From Verrucomicrobiia bacterium (lineage in GTDB: Bacteria; Verrucomicrobiota; Verrucomicrobiia; Limisphaerales; UBA1319), in assembly GCA_963664225.1 (NCBI GenBank), contig OY760937.1:1440001-1504000 (forward strand): a stretch of DNA of 64,000 nucleotides, in the 5' to 3' direction. A program made the position numbers and the translations under genes. Under the pieces are notes generated by a model. It was not told the origin of the DNA. It worked only from the letters and a program-made list of their open reading frames with translations, and did not search any database. Shown piece by piece: positions 42,314-50,332 of the stretch; position 1 is the first letter of the stretch, and every line of letters starts with the position of its first letter.

Positions 42314-42656
42314 CTTGAAGAACACCTCGATTTGCCAGCGGCACTTGTAAAGATCTGCAATGCTCTGCGCGCGCCACTCCAGGTTGTTGGCCAAAAACTC
42401 CATCTCCACGTCCTTGCCAGCGACCTCGATCAGCGCTCGGACCCGGCGCATGAGACACGGATAGGCCTTCTGCGATGAGTGTGTGGTGGCCTCCACCAAT
42501 TCGTCGGGCAGAATCTTGCCGTTGGCCCCGTTTTAATAAAGTTTAACCACCTTGAATTTGTGGCTGGTCTTGGTTCGGGTGACCCAAAAGACCTCATGCA
42601 GGGCCAAGTCGGCCAAGTGGCCGAAACATTGAATCCAGATAGGACCCTCGAACTGG

Positions 42657-43091
42657 CTATTTTCCAGTAGTGTTTAGCTGTTTACGAGCTTGCATTTCAA
42701 CCAAGTCAGCTTCCAAAGCTGCTTTCTCTGTTTGGTTAAGATGTCCGTCATGATTCAGATCATGTTTCTTAAACAAACGCGCAGCCTCGGTGTTGGGATT
42801 ATCCATTTGCTTTTGTTTCTTGATCTTCAGGTAATATTCCTGGCGGGCACGTTTCCATGCTTCACGTTCGTCCGCATCAAGTTTGCCATCCCCGTTCTTA
42901 TCCCATTTAAGTAATTCTTGCTTTCGGCTTTCTAAAAGCGCCTTTCGCTCTGAAAAACTAATATTTCTGTTTTTGATCACATCATATGCACCAAACTCTG
43001 CAATCGCAGGTGCTTCCTGCGATTGAAGCAATGATGTAAAGAAAAACAGAATGCCTGCTGCTATTAATACACTTATTTTTAACATATACAT
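42657..43091 (-). CDS. Secreted EF-hand protein
   Basis: Signal peptide; DKNGDGKLDADE and DLNHDGHLNQTE loops. Confidence 0.82.
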   Translation of the reverse strand: MYMLKISVLIAAGILFFFTSLLQSQEAPAIAEFGAYDVIKNRNISFSERKALLESRKQELLKWDKNGDGKLDADEREAWKRARQEYYLKIKKQKQMDNPNTEAARLFKKHDLNHDGHLNQTEKAALEADLVEMQARKQLNTTGK

Positions 43092-43239
43092 GTTTCATTT
43101 GTTTGACTCTGCTTAACAATAACGGCCTTTCAATTTGTATTATGCCAATGTACATTAAGTGGAGACATTATTACATTTTATAAGACGCTTTTCCAAGGCA
43201 ACTTACTAATCCCCATATTCTAAAAAGCCTATTTTGCTT

Positions 43240-44007
43240 TTATATATTGATACTTACTATACGACCTCCATCCTTTTTAGATAACATTGGATCAAACGAA
43301 CCAGCCCTATATATCGTTTGCGCATGAATATTCCACGATAACATGGACATTACATCTTCACATAATAGTACAGACTTTGATACATAACGAAAATATACAG
43401 TTTTTGAGTATCCTGTTGCTATTTGCGCTTGAGAATTATTAGATTTCATATTGGCCCAGCATTTCTTCACATCAACGTATCGCACACCTGTTGCTAACAT
43501 GTGAATTATTTCGCGATATATATTCTTTATTAGAGATTCTTTTATTGCTATGAATGTTAACTGTTCTGCATCATGTAAGCAAATAAACATTCCTCCAAAA
43601 CGAGTTAATACATCTGTGTAATTTGAGCTGGCGGCATCCGCTGCGCATACTCTTTGAATTAACGACATTGCAGAGTCCGATTTAATCATTACCTCTGGAC
43701 AATATATAAGAAGATCAATTGGAGGATTACGACTGATTTTTGAAAGAAAGGAAAATAGCGCTTCACGTTTGGAATGCTTCATCAAGCCATTCAATATGGG
43801 CTCGCCAGGAACAATAGATGATCTTGGATATGACACCCGGCTTTCATAAATCTTATTCCGTACTGCATAAAATACGTCAGTACAATCTATCCTGCGAAAC
43901 AACTGCGAAAGATCATCAGCCATTGAAATTGGCCACATTTTCAAAAGTTTGTTCTTTGATTCAACGGTATATGATATTGCACATTGTTTCAACATATGAT
44001 GCTTCAC
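43240..44007 (-). CDS. AT-rich hypothetical protein, candidate Rhs immunity protein
   Basis: 255-aa ORF in very AT-rich DNA, first ORF downstream of the Rhs gene on the same strand; function inferred from position only. Confidence 0.5.
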   Translation of the reverse strand: MKHHMLKQCAISYTVESKNKLLKMWPISMADDLSQLFRRIDCTDVFYAVRNKIYESRVSYPRSSIVPGEPILNGLMKHSKREALFSFLSKISRNPPIDLLIYCPEVMIKSDSAMSLIQRVCAADAASSNYTDVLTRFGGMFICLHDAEQLTFIAIKESLIKNIYREIIHMLATGVRYVDVKKCWANMKSNNSQAQIATGYSKTVYFRYVSKSVLLCEDVMSMLSWNIHAQTIYRAGSFDPMLSKKDGGRIVSINI

Positions 44008-44244
44008 TTTGTTTAATCACTATAATCAATCACTGGCGGTCACGCCAGCTACTTGTACGAACCATAGCTTTTCTATTGAAATACATAATTTCAATTACGT
44101 TGTTGTTATCAATCGTTTTATTAGTCCGTGTGTGCTTCTAATGAATACCCAGAGGCGGCACCGCCTTCCCCGTCACGCTTTATCTGACCTGATCTTCGTA
44201 TCGTTAACACACCGTCGACTATGATTATTGACTGTAGATACTCT

Positions 44245-47200
44245 TTAATCACTTCCATCTCCGCGATTATTTCCAATATTGCCCATTATTCCGTTTATTG
44301 CGTAAAATGGAACCATTGATCCAGATTCTATTGACATTTCAACTGACATTTCAAACATCGCATCTTCAGCTTCCTTTCGATTGCCCAACATTGCTGCGGC
44401 CATAGCCTTTTGGTATAGACCGCTATCGACCGCAGCATTTAGACAACTAATTCCGGCAATACCAAATCCAATTGTTGCAATTGGCATCAGGGCGCCAGTC
44501 CCGCGCTGAAAGAATACTTTACCAGAAGCGTTTCTATTTCGTGCGCTTTTCATGTTATCATATAAATGTATGTTTGGTGTATTCCCATGAGCAGCATCAG
44601 TAAGATCAATGCGAAATATTTTTCCGGTGTACGGATCTTTTTTCCATACTCCATCACCTAATCCTTTGACACTGATTAAATCATCATATTTTGTTTTGCT
44701 ACCAATATTCGACAAAAAACTATTTATAGCTGTTTTTATCCATTCTTGCGTTGCATGTCCTAAACTGTCATACGCATTTTGAGGTCCGTTTTTGACATGC
44801 ATGTACAAATTTGGCTCGCCTGATTGTTCCATATTTCCCCGTGAATCAAGACTCAGCCATCGTCCATACGTTGGGCTGTAGTATCTGTATCCGTAATAAA
44901 CCAAGCCACTTTCTTCATCCCAGTATTTGGTGGACCAGCGGAAAGGATTGGTCCTGGCCATTGGCCCTGTGGCACGGATAAGTTCGCCGAATGGCGAATA
45001 TTCGTATTGGGCCGCTGTGGAGGCATCAGCAGCATTCACCAAGGCCATGACATTTCCATTGCCGTCATAAGCCGGGTAATAGTTTGATCCGTTCGCATTA
45101 TCGGCGACCAGAACCAGTCCTCCAATCCCTCCGGCCCCGTCCATCGTATGGCTCATGTCCAGGCCCCATGTATAGGAGCGCACCAAGGCGTTGTTGGTTG
45201 CATTGAATTCGCCGATCAAATTCCAGCCATCATAAAGGAATCGGGTATTCCGGCTCAAAACGTAACTGCCGTTATTGGTGGATATCTTGCTCCAGATTCG
45301 ACGTCCTTTGTAATCGTATCCAAACTCCAGCTTCCGCTTGGCTGCGTTGGGCAATGCGCTGATGCTCTCAACTTTCGTCAGCCGATTCTCCGCATCCCAA
45401 GTATATCCCCACAACCCATCCTGTTGTAGGTTGCCATCATTATCATACACCAATGTGGCCGACGACGGAGCAATCAGAAGATTACCCGTTGCATTTGTTG
45501 CACCAGCGACCGTCACGGATTGCCACAAAGCCACCCCAACATTGTTAACACTCAACTCGGAATGGTAGTATTCCCCCTTCCGATCTGTGGCCTGCCCATT
45601 CACTGTGATCGTGACATTCGCGTAGGCCACGCCACACACATCCTTATAACTGGGTATCGTGATACCGGTATATTGGTTAAGCCCATTGACCGTGAAGGCC
45701 GTTGGTTTGAGGTTTTGACCAGAGGCATCACCACCACTCCAATTGGTTCTCAGATTGCCGATGTTATCGTAGCAATATTCGTATTGCTGACCTGTCACCG
45801 GTTTGAAATCCGACCAATAGCGTTTGCCTGAAACGACCTCGTTGCGGTCATTATAATCATACGCCCACGCCGAACCGTCGGTCTGGGTGGCTCGCGTTCG
45901 TCGATTCACGGAATCATAAGTATAGACGTGACTGCTTACAGACCCCGTAGAGTTATTGGCAATGGAATGTAGTCGTACTCCATAATCCCATGTCCTAACC
46001 GTTGTGAGTTTTGACGAGCCACTGTGTTTGAACGAGGTGGTTGCCAGCAAATCTGCATTGTTCTGGTATGTGTATGTCGCGGAATCCACCCCCGACGAAG
46101 CGCTACTCATCCGCCCATAAACGTCATAACCATAAGTCGAAGTCAGCAAATCTGTGCTATTGAGCCGAAGTTTTATCCAGTCTCGCCCATACGACGCATC
46201 ATAATGGTTTGTTGTTGAGAGATTTAAGAATGTTCCCGCCACACATCCGTCCCCTGTCGGACGCCCCAGAATATCGTAGAACAGCAAATGATTTCCTGTG
46301 GCGTCGCTGACAACAAACGGCAGACCCGCACGATTGTAACTGGTATATGTCTCATTGGTATAGGCGATTGGCGGTGTTCCATCCGAATAATTGACCGCTG
46401 TCAAATCACCGTACTCGTTATACAGATTCGTTGTTGTCACTCCGCGAGACCATTGGCGCGTGCTCAACAGACCGTTATTTTGATAGGCGTATTTTACTGC
46501 GTGGCCCGATTGGTCCACTTTGTTGGTAAGGTAACCGGTTTCAGCCTGATACAGCCACTTGTTTGTATCGCACGCAACACCTGTTCCAGGCCAGGTTGAG
46601 TTAGCCCATTGAGACCCGCCACGGTAAGTGTGCAACTCAACCATATCACCATATGCATCATAGATTCTCTCTTCGGGATAAGGCACCTCTCCCCAGGTCC
46701 GTGACAATTCACCCCGGGCGGTATATTCATAAAAGGTTTTTTTACCGTTCGCCGCCGTGGTGCATTTGATCTGGCCTGCATTGAGATGCGTTGCCGGATA
46801 ATATTCGGAGGCCGTGCTCATCCCCGTGTAATCCACGGTATTGGTGATTTGACCCGTAACCGCGTCATAGAAAGTGCGGCTCGATGCTCCCTGAGGATTG
46901 ATCGTTTGAACCTCGCGCCCCAATTCATCGTAATAATGCCATATATAGCCAGCAACGGTTGGGGTGTTTTCCTTTTGCAAAAGGTCATTAACCTTTACTG
47001 TGGTGGCGTCTTGAACCGACTGGGCCGTGTTAAGAGTCTCGGTTGTACGTTTTTTGGTGCGATCAACCGTAACAGTGCTAATAGTCAGGTTATTAAAAGC
47101 ATCCCATTGGCTGGTTTTCGAAATTTCGGTCGCGCTCAGGTTATTGACTTGGTTCTCGACAACACTCGTCACGGAAGGAGTTGAGTCGTTATAGGTCAAA

Positions 47201-50200
47201 AACGTTAGATTTGTCGTCACTTCATACCAGACATTGGCGATTTTCTTGAAGTAAGTGTCGGTCTGACCTATTCGATCTTCTGACACGGGATCTGTATAGA
47301 CGAAAGAATAATTCGGTTCAGAACTGTCATACTTTCGAAGCGTTTGACGCCATGGCCGCTCCAGACCATTATATTCGGTTACGGCGCGACCCAAATCATT
47401 TGTGGTAATTTTGGTTACGCGGTAACCTTCCGGCATCGCTTTGTAGACTGTGTAATTTCCCTCCAATGAATAGCTTGGCCGTTCCTCATATATCTGGTTA
47501 TCGACCCAGTCGATTCCGATTTTAACATATCGGCCAGAATTCAACGCTCCGATTTTCTTGATTGTATAATCTTGAACACGACCCATGGAATATTGCCAGT
47601 CCAGTTCATAGTCGTAATACTCGGCAATGGTGGATGTGCCGGTTTTCGATTTCAGCCGTCCATCCAGATAATTAGTGAGGAGCAACGTTGCGCCTCCAGG
47701 CAGGGTGATATTTGTTCCCGATGAGTTGGCCGGATAGGCAAACGTGGTCACGCGACCGTCCGAATTCGTCTGAGACGTAAGTCTTCCCGTTTTGTCAAAT
47801 GCCGAGGCATTCACCATGGATAACAAGCCTGCGGATTGGGTTTCGCTAAGCGTTCGACCCGAGGCGTCATATATATAGGTGGTAATCTGGTCCGATTGTG
47901 AAGGATAACCATCCATTGCTGAGATGCCCTTGATCGTGCAGGTTTTTATGCGGTTAAGCGTATCATAAGTGTAAACTGTTTCTTTGCCAGTCTCATCCAT
48001 TTCGGAAAGCAGAAGACTGCCATCCATCACATTGTTTCCACGGTAATCCGCAGAATAGGTGATGCGTGACGAACCTGAGACAGGGTCCATGCGTGTGATA
48101 TTCGTGGTATGTCCTAACGTGTCGTTTGCGAGAACCTCCTGGTAAAGCAACTCAAACACTGGTTCGCCCCATGCATTGGTGCCAGAGCAAGCATATTTTT
48201 CCCTTAAAACGGGAAGCCCTTGCGAATAAACAGTGGTTTCTTTCCAACTTTGACCCACATAATAATACAACAAACGATCGCATACATGGTCTTCCATCGT
48301 ATAAAGCTGTACGCCAATGTTGCGGTAAGTATCATTTTCTAGGCCGTAAATATCCATCGACTCCAAACCGCAGTAAATGATGGTTTGACGTCGATCTGGA
48401 TTGATGACCAAAGAGGCGTCGCTCGTGTAGAGATGGTTGTTGGGATCATAGGAAAAAACCCGCGTCGAAGGATTATAAGAACCATGATCGTAGTAATAAT
48501 ATTGGACCGGTTCACCGCTTTTCGAACATTCCAAAGGATGATCGGCGAGACCCCAAGGTGCGGTTGGGGCAAAGAATCTTCGGTAAACACCTACACTCAA
48601 AGTCATATCCTCGCATATTTTCTTACCTTCAAATCTTTCCAGAGTATCTCCAGCATCAGGAGTCTCATAATACAGTTCCTCGCGCATCCAGAAATCATAA
48701 CCGGTCTCATTATTAAATAGGTACTGTTCGTTGTACATTGGCACGCCCTGCTCCGAGTAAAATGCATACTGTGTTTTATGAGAATTTGATTCATCGGCCT
48801 CCTGGGGCGTTAACGGGCTGTCTTTCCATGGTCTAAGGACTTTACCCAAGGTTCCTGGCTCACCTGAATCCCAACCGTTGTATATGCGCTTTTCCCAGGT
48901 TCCATTTGGATTAAAAACATATTTTACGCGACCTATTTCGTACAGCTCTCCTTCCGTGTAATATTCCATTCGCGTAGATAGATTGGCCCCGTTTGGATCA
49001 AGGCGGGTTTCCACAAGGTTCCAGCCCCAAGGAAACAATTCATATTTTTCAATGCTCTGGGATGAAATCTGGCCTCCGTAATATTTGACTTCCACTGTCT
49101 CAAGTCGATTGCTGCGCGCAGGTGAAACGCTTGTGTTCGAAACGAATGAAACCAACCGTGTTTCTATTTTTTGCTCATTGCCTTCTCCCTGTTTTAAAGT
49201 CCAAAGGCTTGAGGCTGAGTTGAATTCAAGAATGTTGGTGCGGGACCAACCGTTGCGATTTTCAATGATATGCAATCGGTTGCTGATTGCCGGATTATTG
49301 TCCGGATTCACCACCTGCCAGCTTACAAAATAGTTTCCCGAGATATTGGTGTAAATCCCCTGGCCGTTTGTCTGGCTGCCTACCTGCGAAGGATGGTAAA
49401 ACTTCAGTGAGTATTGGTTCGTTCCCGGTACGATTTCGACAAATGCCTGTGGCGCTTTGACCTGGCGCAATTCTCCAGACATCTGATTTGTAATCACCAA
49501 TTCCACTTGGCTGCGGATATTCGTGGATTTGCACGTATAAAACAAATTCGAAGGGGTGTAAACCGAGGCAAACAAACCATTGTTAAGCAGCCGAAGCTTT
49601 CCAGCCGAATTGTTGTCCAAAAGATGCCCCAAGCTGACATTCCATTCAATCTGGGAACGGTTTGTAGAAAGACTCATTCCTGGTCCAAGCTGCAGGCTGG
49701 AGCCATCACCCGGCGCTCTATCCGGTTCGTTGCTGTCATCATCAAGTCGCCAGCGCGGACGAGCATCCCACCGTATTTCGACTTTCCATGAATTGCTATA
49801 ATACCCGCATGAATTTGTGTAATTGAAATCTGATAACGTGCCCCCTTCCACATCGTTGATTAAAAACTTGATGTTGTTGGGGAAATTATCGCGAACTCTC
49901 CGAGCATCCATCAGACTCACTCCCGCCATGGCCGTCAAATCACATTGAATATAATATACATTGGACCCTTGAACCGTCAGCTGAAATGGCTTATAGAAGG
50001 GCATTTCAACAGAAGCCGAATTGGTATTGGTCACCGTATTATCACACCCGCCCCCGTATCCAATGATGTTTGTTTGCGAAAAACTAACCTGATAACTGCT
50101 ATTGCTCTCCGCCATCACCTGTGATTGCACCTTCATCAACGCAAACAAAGGATCCTCAGCCCAGGAATCCCACGGCTTGGAGGCTTGAACTTGATTAGCT

Positions 50201-50298
50201 CCAAAGACCAGACCACATACTAAAACAATTAGCCGGGTCGCTTTAATACAAATAGAACGGTGATATCCCGCCATCGATACAATTGCATCCATATTCAT
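44245..50298 (-). CDS. Rhs/YD-repeat polymorphic toxin with N-terminal signal peptide
   Basis: YD repeats; Rhs core YEYSPFGE...NPFRWSTKYWDEESGLVYYGYRYYSP..GRWLSLDSRG...NLY...NGPQNAYDSLG; ~171-aa AT-rich C-terminal tip. Confidence 0.93.
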   Translation of the reverse strand: MNMDAIVSMAGYHRSICIKATRLIVLVCGLVFGANQVQASKPWDSWAEDPLFALMKVQSQVMAESNSSYQVSFSQTNIIGYGGGCDNTVTNTNSASVEMPFYKPFQLTVQGSNVYYIQCDLTAMAGVSLMDARRVRDNFPNNIKFLINDVEGGTLSDFNYTNSCGYYSNSWKVEIRWDARPRWRLDDDSNEPDRAPGDGSSLQLGPGMSLSTNRSQIEWNVSLGHLLDNNSAGKLRLLNNGLFASVYTPSNLFYTCKSTNIRSQVELVITNQMSGELRQVKAPQAFVEIVPGTNQYSLKFYHPSQVGSQTNGQGIYTNISGNYFVSWQVVNPDNNPAISNRLHIIENRNGWSRTNILEFNSASSLWTLKQGEGNEQKIETRLVSFVSNTSVSPARSNRLETVEVKYYGGQISSQSIEKYELFPWGWNLVETRLDPNGANLSTRMEYYTEGELYEIGRVKYVFNPNGTWEKRIYNGWDSGEPGTLGKVLRPWKDSPLTPQEADESNSHKTQYAFYSEQGVPMYNEQYLFNNETGYDFWMREELYYETPDAGDTLERFEGKKICEDMTLSVGVYRRFFAPTAPWGLADHPLECSKSGEPVQYYYYDHGSYNPSTRVFSYDPNNHLYTSDASLVINPDRRQTIIYCGLESMDIYGLENDTYRNIGVQLYTMEDHVCDRLLYYYVGQSWKETTVYSQGLPVLREKYACSGTNAWGEPVFELLYQEVLANDTLGHTTNITRMDPVSGSSRITYSADYRGNNVMDGSLLLSEMDETGKETVYTYDTLNRIKTCTIKGISAMDGYPSQSDQITTYIYDASGRTLSETQSAGLLSMVNASAFDKTGRLTSQTNSDGRVTTFAYPANSSGTNITLPGGATLLLTNYLDGRLKSKTGTSTIAEYYDYELDWQYSMGRVQDYTIKKIGALNSGRYVKIGIDWVDNQIYEERPSYSLEGNYTVYKAMPEGYRVTKITTNDLGRAVTEYNGLERPWRQTLRKYDSSEPNYSFVYTDPVSEDRIGQTDTYFKKIANVWYEVTTNLTFLTYNDSTPSVTSVVENQVNNLSATEISKTSQWDAFNNLTISTVTVDRTKKRTTETLNTAQSVQDATTVKVNDLLQKENTPTVAGYIWHYYDELGREVQTINPQGASSRTFYDAVTGQITNTVDYTGMSTASEYYPATHLNAGQIKCTTAANGKKTFYEYTARGELSRTWGEVPYPEERIYDAYGDMVELHTYRGGSQWANSTWPGTGVACDTNKWLYQAETGYLTNKVDQSGHAVKYAYQNNGLLSTRQWSRGVTTTNLYNEYGDLTAVNYSDGTPPIAYTNETYTSYNRAGLPFVVSDATGNHLLFYDILGRPTGDGCVAGTFLNLSTTNHYDASYGRDWIKLRLNSTDLLTSTYGYDVYGRMSSASSGVDSATYTYQNNADLLATTSFKHSGSSKLTTVRTWDYGVRLHSIANNSTGSVSSHVYTYDSVNRRTRATQTDGSAWAYDYNDRNEVVSGKRYWSDFKPVTGQQYEYCYDNIGNLRTNWSGGDASGQNLKPTAFTVNGLNQYTGITIPSYKDVCGVAYANVTITVNGQATDRKGEYYHSELSVNNVGVALWQSVTVAGATNATGNLLIAPSSATLVYDNDGNLQQDGLWGYTWDAENRLTKVESISALPNAAKRKLEFGYDYKGRRIWSKISTNNGSYVLSRNTRFLYDGWNLIGEFNATNNALVRSYTWGLDMSHTMDGAGGIGGLVLVADNANGSNYYPAYDGNGNVMALVNAADASTAAQYEYSPFGELIRATGPMARTNPFRWSTKYWDEESGLVYYGYRYYSPTYGRWLSLDSRGNMEQSGEPNLYMHVKNGPQNAYDSLGHATQEWIKTAINSFLSNIGSKTKYDDLISVKGLGDGVWKKDPYTGKIFRIDLTDAAHGNTPNIHLYDNMKSARNRNASGKVFFQRGTGALMPIATIGFGIAGISCLNAAVDSGLYQKAMAAAMLGNRKEAEDAMFEMSVEMSIESGSMVPFYAINGIMGNIGNNRGDGSD

Positions 50299-50332
50299 TG
50301 GCTTCCTCTTATTTGTTTGATTCTTGAATATA

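Larger units (their letters stand above)
41184..42626 (-). pseudogene. IS4-family transposase remnant interrupted by a group II intron
   Basis: VFWVTRTK, internal stop, EFLANNLE...IADLYKCRWQIEVFFK | intron | QILQLADFLGNSDNAVRWQVWTALLMYLLL. Confidence 0.85.
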
